Source: Thecamonas trahens ATCC 50062 (lineage: Eukaryota; Protista; Apusomonadida). From it: a DNA stretch of 43,062 nucleotides. Below the pieces are notes generated by a model. The model had not been told where the DNA came from. It saw only the letters and a program-made list of their open reading frames with translations, and ran no database searches. Positions 33,321 to 43,062 of this stretch are shown here, piece after piece. Location: positions 5,920 through 48,981 of the forward strand of contig NW_013657609.1 of assembly GCF_000142905.1 (NCBI RefSeq), written 5' to 3'. A program made the position numbers and the translations under genes. How positions within the stretch are numbered: position 1 is the stretch's first letter; each line of letters opens with the position of its first letter.

Positions 33321-34361
33321 NNNNNNNNNNNNNNNNNNNNNNNNNNNNNNNNNNNNNNNNNNNNNNNNNNNNNNNNNNNNNNNNNNNNNNNNNNNNNNNN
33401 NNNNNNNNNNNNNNNNNNNNCCACCCTCTCCCTCCCTTTCGTTGCTGATTTCTTTTCTGTGTATTGTTATTTTTTTTTTGGCGCAGCATGTCAGCTGTTG
33501 GCTGGCGTCAACCAGAGGTTTGCGTGTCCGGCTAGCCGCATGGCGCCGCATGGAGGTCCTCCATGGAGCCCCCCCCCCCCCCACCACACACACACACAGC
33601 TGGTCACATGCACTTCATCCTTCTCGACACACTCCCCAACAATATCTATTACCATGGCAATGCCTCTCCCTCCCCCCCCCCTCTTCTTCCCAACACCAGG
33701 GCGACTACATCTTTGGCAGACCGAGTACCACTCCCTTCCACAAACGCACGCGCGTGTAGCACCACCGTTGCTTGTTGCAGCTATCTGACTTGAATTAGTG
33801 GCAGGAAAGGCCTCTGTCCCTCCCCGCCCCCCCACCCCATCCCCCACCCCCCCTGAGCTCATAGCCCCCCTTTCCTTCCCCCCCCCCTCCCCCCTGACCT
33901 TCCTTCTCTTGAAACACATATACGCCACCACCTGCTTTGCTCTCCTTGCAAAGTACTGACCCATCCTTCTCGTCACCCTCCCCACCTCCTCCTTGCACGC
34001 CTTGTCGCGGTTTGGCACGCGTGCGGACACTTTGGCTGAAAACTTTTCGTTTCCGCTCGCCTCACCTTCGGTCTCGTTGCTGCTACCAGGGGGCTCGCCT
34101 TTGGACGACCAACGACTCGCTGTCTCGCTCTGAACACAGAGACAGACAGACAGACAGACAGTCTCTTTCTCTCGTGTGCGCAAGGAACACGCGCTGCGTC
34201 AAGGGACACTCACTCTCCTTTGTCACAACACTTGCTCGCCCGGCTCGGACAAGCCTATTGTCGCCGACAGGGAAGCCAACCAGGTGCACCTTGTCATCAT
34301 CGATCGGTTGCCACGAGAAGAAAAGGCAGTCGAGATGATTAAGGTCAAGAACGGTGCCGTC

Positions 34362-37300
34362 ATGCGGACGCGTACCTCACGAAGCGCTCGGCTCATGCTG
34401 TCTTTGACAAGCGTGGCGAGTCTTCTGCTCGTTTTCTGCGTCTTGTCGCACTCGGCCGCCGCCGCTACTACGACTGGTACAGCCTCGGCCATCACCAACT
34501 GGGGCTTAGGTTTAGTCTCCTGGTCGACGAGTTCGGTCCTCGGCTCGGAATCGTACTACCAGACCTCCAACTACCACATCGGCCACACTATGGGCCTCAA
34601 CATTCCCAGTGGACACGTTGTCGACGGTATTCGCGTCGCTCTGGCCTACTCTCGGTTTTGCTCGGAGATTTGCAGCGCTCGCTCGGTCAAGATCGCCCTC
34701 AAGACCTCCTCCGGCGCTGCAGTGGCCGGTGCGGTCGAAAAGTCCGTCACCACCATTTTAGGCACTTCCGGTATCCTCACCGCCGGCTCGACCTCCGACA
34801 CCTGGGGCATGACCGGATCGAGCGCTGCCATTCGTAACGCCCTGAGGTCATCAACGTTTGGTGTTGCCATCACTGTCAAGGGCTTTGTCGAGCAGACGTT
34901 CACCACCACCTTTACTACCCGCTCCGGCTCCTCTATCCAGCCTCTGCGGTACGAAAAGCCGGAGTACAAGACCGAGGCAGATGTTGTCTCCACCCGTCGG
35001 CTCTCGACCTGGCGCGTGACCATCGCTGCCACGGACATCTCTGCCACTGTCACCTCCCATCTGTACCAGTGCCCCACCTCGGGCTCGTGGCCCACCACCA
35101 ACGCCGGCTCGACAGCCTCCATCAGCTGCCCGGCCGGCTACACGGGAAGCCACACCCGCTACTGCAACCCAAGCACGTACGGCTGGAACTCACCGGTCTA
35201 CTCATGCTCCAAGATCACCAACTTTTGCCCGGCCCAGTCGGCGCCGAGCAACGGCAAGCTCTCCTCCACCTGCGCTCGCTCGGTGAGCACGGTGTGTGGT
35301 ACCTTTTCGTGCAACGCCGGGTACACGCGCTCTGGCTCCACCTCGCGGACGTGTCAGACCAACGCGGCATGGTCCGGCTCGGCTGCCTCATGCTCGCTGA
35401 CCACCGACTACTGTCCGCTGCACGCGGTTCCCTCCAACGGTGTCGTCTCCATCGGCTCGTGCTCGACCCGCCGCTCGATCGGCGAGGTGTGCGGCACGTT
35501 CTCGTGCAACGGCGGGTACTCGCTCAACGGTGTGACGAGCCGGACATGCTCGTCGGGTGCGGTGTGGTCGGGCGCGTCGGCGCCGGTCTGCACCAAGATC
35601 ACCAACTACTGCCCGGCGCTCGGTGCGCCGACGAACGGCAAGCTGTCGACGACGTGCGCGCGCTCAGTCGGGGTGGTATGCGGGACGTTCTCGTGCAACG
35701 CCGGGTACTCGCTCAACGGCGTGACGAGCCGGACGTGTGCGTCGAGCGGGGCGTGGACCAACTCTGCGGCCTCGTGCGCGCTCATCACCAACTACTGTCC
35801 GCTGCATGCGGTTCCCTCCAACGGTGTTGTCTCCATCGGCTCGTGCTCGACCCGCCGCTCGATCGGGGAGACGTGCGGCACGTTCTCGTGCAACGGCGGG
35901 TACACGCTGTCCGGCTCGACAAGCCGGACGTGCGCGTCGGGCGCGGTGTGGTCGGGCTCGGCGCCTACCTGCACCAAGATCACCAACCACTGCCCAGCGC
36001 TCTCGGCGCCGGCCAACGGCAAGCTGTCGACGACGTGCGCGCGCTCGGTCGGGACGGTGTGCGGGACGTTCTCGTGCAATGCCGGTTATGTGCTTGGCGG
36101 CGCAACGAGCCGGACGTGCCAGGGGAGCGGAGCGTGGTCGGGCACGGCCGCGGTCTGCACCATCAACAACAACTACTGTCCGGAGCATCTGGCGCCGACC
36201 AACGGCATCATCTCGCCGTCGGGCTCGTGCGCTAGCCAGCGGGCTATTGGTGAGACCTGCGGCACCTTCCAGTGCAACGGCGGGTACTCGCTCAACGGCG
36301 TGACGTCGCGGACGTGCTCGTCAGGTGGAGGCTGGTCAGGTGCGTCTGCGCCTTCCTGCGCCAAGATCACCAACCACTGCCCAGCGCTCTCAGCGCCGGC
36401 CAACGGCAAGCTGTCGACGACGTGCGCGCGCTCGGTCGGGACGGTGTGTGGGACGTTCTCGTGCAATGCCGGGTATGTGCTCGGCGGCGCGACGAGCCGG
36501 ACGTGCCAGGGGAGCGGAGCGTGGTCGGGCACGACCGCGGTCTGCACCATCAACAACAACTACTGCCCGGAGCATCTGGCGCCGACCAACGGCATCATCT
36601 CGCCGTCGGGCTCGTGCGCTAGCCAGCGGGCTATTGGCGAGACCTGCGGCACCTTCCAGTGCAACGGCGGGTACTCGCTCAACGGCGTGACGTCGCGGAC
36701 GTGCTCGTCAGGTGGAGGCTGGTCAGGTGCGTCTGCGCCTTCCTGCGCCAAGATCACCAACTACTGCCCAGCGCTCTCGGCGCCGACGAACGGCAAGCTG
36801 TCAACGACGTGCGCGCGCTCGGTCGGTGTGGTGTGCGGGACGTTCTCGTGCAACGCCGGGTACTCGCTCAACGGCGTGACGAGCCGGACGTGTGCGTCGA
36901 GCGGGTCGTGGACCAGCTCTGCGGCCTCGTGCGCGCTCATCACCAACTACTGCGTCGAGCTGACGGCGCCGACCAACGGCATCATCTCGCCATCGGGCTC
37001 GTGTGCTAGCCAGCGGGCCATTGGTGAGACTTGCGGCACCTTCCAGTGCAATGCTGGGTACGCGCTCTCGGGCTCGTCGAGTCGGACATGCTCGTCGGGC
37101 GCGGCGTGGTCCGGTACGGCAGCATCGTGCTCGCTCATCACCACGTACTGCCCGTCGCTGACGAACCCAACCAACGGGCAGGCGCCGTCGAGCTACGCGC
37201 GGTCGATCGGCGCCACCGCCAGCCCGTACACCTGCAACGCTGGGTACACCATTTCGGGCTCGACGTCTCGAACGTGTGCGTCCGGTGGGGCTTGGTCGGG

Positions 37301-40300
37301 CTCGGCACCGACGTGTGCGCTGACGCCCAACTACTGTCCGCCTCCCCGGCTACGCCGGCCAACGCAGCAGCAGGCTCGTGTCCGAGGACGGTCGGCTCGG
37401 CGTGCTCGTTCTCGTGCCAGGCCGGCTACACGCCATCAGGCTCGATGTCGGTCACCTGCTCGAACGCCGGGACTTGGTCCGGCACGCTTGGGACGTGCGA
37501 CGCGACGCCCAACTACTGCCCGCTTCTCACGGCGCCGACCAACGGCAACGCGCCAAGCGGCCACGGACGGACGATCAACTCGGTGGCGAGCCCGTACACC
37601 TGCAACGCCGGGTACGATGTGTCGGGCGTGACGTCGCGGACGTGCCAAGCCGGCGGGAGCTGGTCGTCGACGGCGCCGACGTGTGTGCTCGACTCGTCGT
37701 ACTGCGGGACGCGACCGGCAGCGCCGACCAACGGGATCGGCGGTGCGTGCTCGTACGCGCTCGGCGGAACGTGCTCATACTCGTGCTCCAACGGGTACGA
37801 GCCGTTGGGCTCGATGTCGGTCACCTGTGCTTCGGGCCCGACCTGGTCCGGGACGCTCGGGACGTGCGTGGCCAAGGCCAACTACTGCCCGTTGCTCACC
37901 AATCCGACAGATGGGCAGGCGCCGGGCGCCTACGAGCGGAAAATCACCTCTACGGCGAGCCCGTACACCTGCAACAACGGATACATTGTGACGGCCGGCT
38001 CAACGTCGCGGACGTGCCAGGCCAACTCGCCGACGGCGGGCACCTGGTCCGGAACGGTGCCGACTTGCTCGGTGGATACCTCGCATTGCGGGCCGTCGCC
38101 GCCGCCGCCACCCAACTTTTCGATCCAGAGCTGCTCAGCGGCGCAGGACGGCGAGTGCGTGTACGTGTGCAACAACGGGTACACGCTCAGCGGCGGGGAT
38201 CGGTACACGTGCCTCGCAAACACCAACTGGGGCGGGACTCTTGGGTCGTGTGACGCGACTGCTGGGTACTGTGCCGTCCTCTCTGCTCCAGCCAACGGGG
38301 CGCGCGGTGGGTGCACCGGCGCGATTGGGAGCTCGTGTGGGCCGTTCTCGTGCAATGACGGATACGCGCTCTCGGGCTCGACGTCGCGGCTGTGCGAGGA
38401 CAACGGGCCGGCGTCCGGGACGTGGACCGGCTCGACAGCCTCGTGCTCGCTCATCACCAACTACTGCTCGGCCAAGACGGCGCCGGCCAACGGGTGCTTG
38501 GCAGCTGCACCCGGTCGATCGGCGGAAGTTGCTCGTTCACGTGCGCCAACGGATACCAGCCGTCGGGCATGTCGTCGATCACATGCGGGTCGGGCGCGGC
38601 ATGGTCGGCACCGTTTGGCTCGTGCGTCAAGATCTCCGGCTACTGCACACCTGACACGGCGCCAGCCAATGGCCAGGCGGCGGGTGGATGCAGCGGAGAG
38701 CTCGGCACCTCGTGCGGGCCGTACACGTGCAACGCCGGGTACACGCTCGGCGGGACGGCGACGCGGAGCTGCAATGCAAACACGGCGGTGTCGGGCACGT
38801 GGACCGGCTCGGCAGTGACCTGCACGCTCAATCCGTCGTACTGCCCGGTGCCAGGCACGCCGCTCAACGGCGCAGTCGGAAGCTGCACTCGGTCGATCGG
38901 TGGCAGCTGCGGCGCGAGCTGCAACAACGGATACTCGACAAACGGCGCGACAACGGCAACGTGCAACGGCGGACCGTCGTGGTCGGCGGTGTTTGGCGAC
39001 TGCAGCAGTGACGCCGGGTATTGTGCAGTGCTCACGGCACCGGCCAACGGCGCGTTCTCTGGCCCGTGCACAGGCAAGATCGGAAGCGTGTGTGGACCGG
39101 CGACGTGCAACGCTGGATACAACCTCGGCGGGACGGCGGCGCGGAGCTGCAGCGACAACGGGCCGGTGGCCGGGAGCTGGTCCGGGACGCCGACGACGTG
39201 CAGCCTCGAGCCAAACTACTGCTCGGCAGTGACGGCGCCGGCCAACGCGGTGCTGGGCAGCTGCACGCGGTCGATCGGCGGCAGCTGCGGCGCGAGCTGC
39301 AACAATGGGTATTCGACCGTGGGGCGACGTCGGCGACGTGCAATGCTGGCCCGTCGTGGTCGGCGATTCTGAGTGACTGCGGCAAGACAACCAACTACTG
39401 CGCGGCACTCACGCCACCGGCCAACGGCGCGTTCTCAGGAGCGTGCAGTGGGGAGATCGGAACGAGCTGCGGGCCGGCGACGTGCAATGCTGGATACAAC
39501 CTCGGCGGAACGGCGACGCGCAACTGCGTCGACAACGGGCCGGTGGCCGGGAGCTGGTCGGGCTCGACAGCAACATGCACGCTCGAGCCAAACTACTGTC
39601 CGCTGCCGGCGGCACCGGCCAACGGTGCGCTCGGCACGTGTGACCGCCACATCGGCGGGACGTGCTCGGCGAGCTGCGCCAACGGGTACTCGGCAGCCGG
39701 ATCCGGGACGATCACCTGCCAGGCCGGGCCAAACTGGTCCGACATCCTCGGCGCGTGCACCATCACCGACGGCTACTGCGCGGCGCTGCCGGCACCGAGC
39801 AACGGCCAGTTCAGCTCGGCGTGCTCGGGCCGGATCGGGTCGAGCTGTGGGCCGGCGACGTGCAATGCCGGATACAACCTTGCCGGTTCGGCGACGCGCA
39901 ACTGTGTGGACAACGGGCCGGTGGCCGGGAGCTGGGACGGGACGCCGGCGACGTGCACCCTCGAGCCAAGCTACTGTCCGCTGCCGGCGGCGCCGGCCAA
40001 CGGTGCGCTCGGCACGTGCGACCGCCACATCGGCGGGACGTGCTCGGCGAGCTGCGCCAACGGGTACTCGGCAGCCGGGTCGGCCACCATCACGTGCCTT
40101 GACGGGCCGAACTGGTCCGACATCCTGGGCGCGTGCACCATCACCGACGGCTACTGCGCGGCGCTGCCAGCGCCGAGCAACGGACAGGCTGCGGGCGGAT
40201 GCAACGGGCGGATCGGGTCGAGCTGCGGGCCGGCAAGCTGCAACGCCGGGTACAACATCGGCGGGAGCGCGACGCGCAACTGCGTGGACAACGGGCCGGC

Positions 40301-43062
40301 AGCCGGCAGCTGGACTGGAGCGCCCGTCACCTGCAGCCTCGAGCCCAACTACTGCCCGCAGCCGCCGGCGCCTGCCAACGCGGTAATTGGGTCGTGTGTG
40401 CGGGCGATTGGTGGCAACTGCAGCGTGTCGTGCAACAACGGGTACACCGAGGGCGCGGTGGCGACGACGACGTGCGCAGCCGGGCCGAGCTGGACGGCGA
40501 CGCTCACCGAGTGTGTGGCGTATGCCGGGTACTGCGCGCCGCTCTCGGCGCCGACCAACGGCGCGATCGGAGCGTGCAGTGGGGCGGTAGGGACGAGCTG
40601 TGGGCCGGCAAGCTGCAACCCGGGCTACAACCTCGGCGGATCGGCGAGCCGGACATGCGTGGCAGACACGGCAGGGGCAGGGGCATGGACGGGCGCCGAG
40701 GCGACGTGCGTCAAGGAGGCCAACTACTGCCCGCAGCCTGCGGCGCCGCCCAACTCTGTGCTTGGAGCATGTGACCTGTCGATTGATGGGACGTGCTCGT
40801 TCAGCTGCGGCAATGGGTACGTGCCGAGCGGGACGACGTCGATCACGTGCTCGTCGGGGCCTGCGTGGTCCGAGCCGTTTGGGACGTGTGTGGAGCAGGC
40901 CAACTACTGCCCGGCGCATGGTGCGCTGACCAACGGCGTCAATCCGAGCTGCAACAACACCATCGGTGAGGACTGCGGGCTGTTCAGCTGCAACGCCGGA
41001 TATGAGATTACTGGGTCGACGCAGCGGACGTGCAACGACAACGGGCCTGTGGCTGGGGTGTGGTCGGGCCTGCGCCGCAGTGCGCGACCGACTTTTCGTA
41101 CTGCCCTGTGGGACCGGATGCGCCGGGCAACGGGACGCGTGGCGTTTGCGATCGGTACCTGTTTGGGCAGTGCCTGTACGCGTGCGATGACGGGTACACC
41201 CTTGTGGGCACGCCCGCGCTCACATGTAACGAAGGCCCAGTGTGGAGCGGGACGGTGCCGAGCTGTGAGCCGGTCATCGACTACTGTGCGCCGATCACAT
41301 CGATCCAGTTTGGGACTGTACCAACGTGCACCAACCGGATCAACGAGCAGTGCGGACCGTTTGCATGCACGGGCGACAACGTGCTGTTTGGCTCCGAGAC
41401 GCTGACGTGTGGCACGGACGGGCAGTGGGTGGAGGGCATTCCATTCTGCTCGTCGACGTCGCAGGCGCTATCGCTGGTGTTCTCGGACAACCCGGTGGCG
41501 ATTTCTGCGGATGGGCCCGGATGGAAGCTTGCGGTGCAGCCGCGGTCGTCGACAAACGACACGCTGGCTGTGTCCAAGGACGTGGCCATTCTTGCGCTCG
41601 CGTCATCGACGATGAACATCGAGACACGGTCGATTGCGCCCGCGGCGGTGTGGAACGCCGAGACGTTTGCGTTTGACATTGAGCTTGTTGTGCGTGCGGC
41701 GGGGACGTACTCGATCAACGTCGGGCTCAACGGCGGGATTGTGGGCGACTCGCCGTACGCGGTGAGTGTGCAGCCTGGCGCGCCGTCGCCCAAGACGTCT
41801 GTGGCGTCTGGGGCCGGGCTCGGGCTCGTGTCGTCGGACGAGGAGCTGTTCTCGCAGAACGAGCGGGTGACGTTTGCGGTTGCGCCTGTGGACTCGTACG
41901 GCAACGCGATCGAGCTGGCGCCGGCGCCGCCGACGTCGCCGTTTGCAGCGACGCTCAAGGGCGACGGGACGGGAACGATTGTTGTGGACTATGTGCCGGA
42001 GGCGTCCGGGCCGATGACCGGGTACGTGTTTGCATACACGGTGCCTGTGGGTGGGTTGCTGACGCTGTCTGTGACGGTCAACGAGCTGCCGCTGGCAGAC
42101 TCGCCGTGGCTGGTGCAGGTGGCGGCGGTCTGTCCGCCGGGCGAGAAGCGGATCCGGATCACGGGCCCGTGCGTGGCGTGCGAGGCGGACACGTTCTCGA
42201 ACGCAGCGGGTGACGAGTGTGTGGCGTGCCCTACGGCGATGACGTCGCCGGAGCGGTCGGAGGGTGCGGGCAACTGCACGTGTCTGCCCGGATTTTACAC
42301 CAGCGCTGGCGCGCCGATGACGCCCGAGGGAGTGCGGGCGTGCGGGGCGTGCCCGGTCGGAGCGGTGTGCAAGGGCGGGGCTGAGCCGCCGTTCCCACGG
42401 CCTGGGTTCTACAACGTGGGCGATGCATTCATCGCGTGCCCGCAGCCGTCTGCGTGCCTGGGCTCGGGTGCGTGTGCGGCGGGCTACAAGGGCACGTCGT
42501 GCACCGAGTGCCAAAAGGGATTCTACCGGATGCGTGAGACGTGCTACCCGTGCGACGAGACCAAGGCGGCGCTTGTGGCGACGACTGCAGTCATTGTGCT
42601 GCTCTGCTTTGTGGGTTTGCTGGTGTACCTCAACTCGCGCGAGGCGCACAACCGGATGTACACGGCGGCAGCGTTTATGATTGGCTTCAACTCGCTGCAG
42701 ATCTCTGCGCTGTACGGCGACATCAACCTCAAGTGGCACCCAATTGCGCGGTCGTTCTTCAACATTCTCTCGATTGCGAACCTCAACATCGAGATCACAT
42801 CGCCCGAGTGCTCGTTCGACATGGGCGACCCGTGGCTGGTCAAGTGGGTGCTCATGCTCCTGCTGCCGATGTTCATGATGCTGCTGCTGGCGGTGGTGTG
42901 GGCCATTGCCACAGTGTACCGGATTGTGGTGAGCTCGTGCGGTGCGGGATGGGCGGCCAAGCACCCGAACTGGGTGGCATCGGCTGGGGTCGACTACGCC
43001 GAGGGCTCGAAGCTCCCGCTGTCGACGGCGGCGCGGCTCCGTGTGGGGCGGCTCTGCTCCGA
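34362..43062 (+). CDS. Giant cell-surface receptor-like protein: signal peptide, HRM-like module, ~30-35 Sushi/CCP-like repeats, two filamin/Ig-like domains, Cys-rich (TNFR/ephrin-receptor-like) region, multi-TM domain; 3' end outside window
   Basis: Signal MLSLTSVASLLLVFCVLSHSAAA and repeated YCP..P.NG...C...IG..CG.F.CNAGY.L.G...RTC....WSG....C. The array continues across frames, with indels at ~37343, ~38494, ~39320 and ~41070. The last frame reads AGTYSINVGLNGGIVGDSPYAVSV, CAAGYKGTSCTECQKGFYR, then TMs with IGFNSLQI..W..SIANLNIEITSPEC, open to the edge. Confidence 0.85.

Noticed and set aside
41603-42964. 453-aa minus-strand Arg/His-rich ORF
   Set aside because: Antisense shadow of the + strand filamin/Cys-rich/TM coding frame.

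Overview
GC-rich, intron-poor, gene-dense eukaryotic draft sequence with four N gaps. The gene content and style suggest a heterotrophic protist, possibly an apusomonad such as Thecamonas; this is inference, not verified. No prokaryotic operons, rRNA, tRNA or CRISPR array are visible. In order, the window holds: the 3' end of a WD40 protein built from near-identical 171-bp repeats; a frameshifted kinase remnant; an FG-GAP-motif type I membrane protein; a head-to-head pair of F-box/ankyrin genes (left one disrupted) separated by a 30/60-bp palindromic tandem array; a plant/algal VCCN-like bestrophin with a possible mitochondrial presequence; a TmcB-like multi-TM protein with a FixL-type PAS domain; a Dispatched/Patched-family SSD transporter; a receptor with a solute-binding-protein ectodomain and an apparently dead kinase-cyclase-kinase tail; a spliced surface protein with Lys/Ser and Ser-Pro repeats; a spliced pyruvate kinase with the K+-independent signature; and a giant HRM-like/Sushi-repeat/filamin/Cys-rich/multi-TM receptor running off the right edge. 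Most long genes are broken by apparent single-base deletions, probably assembly errors.
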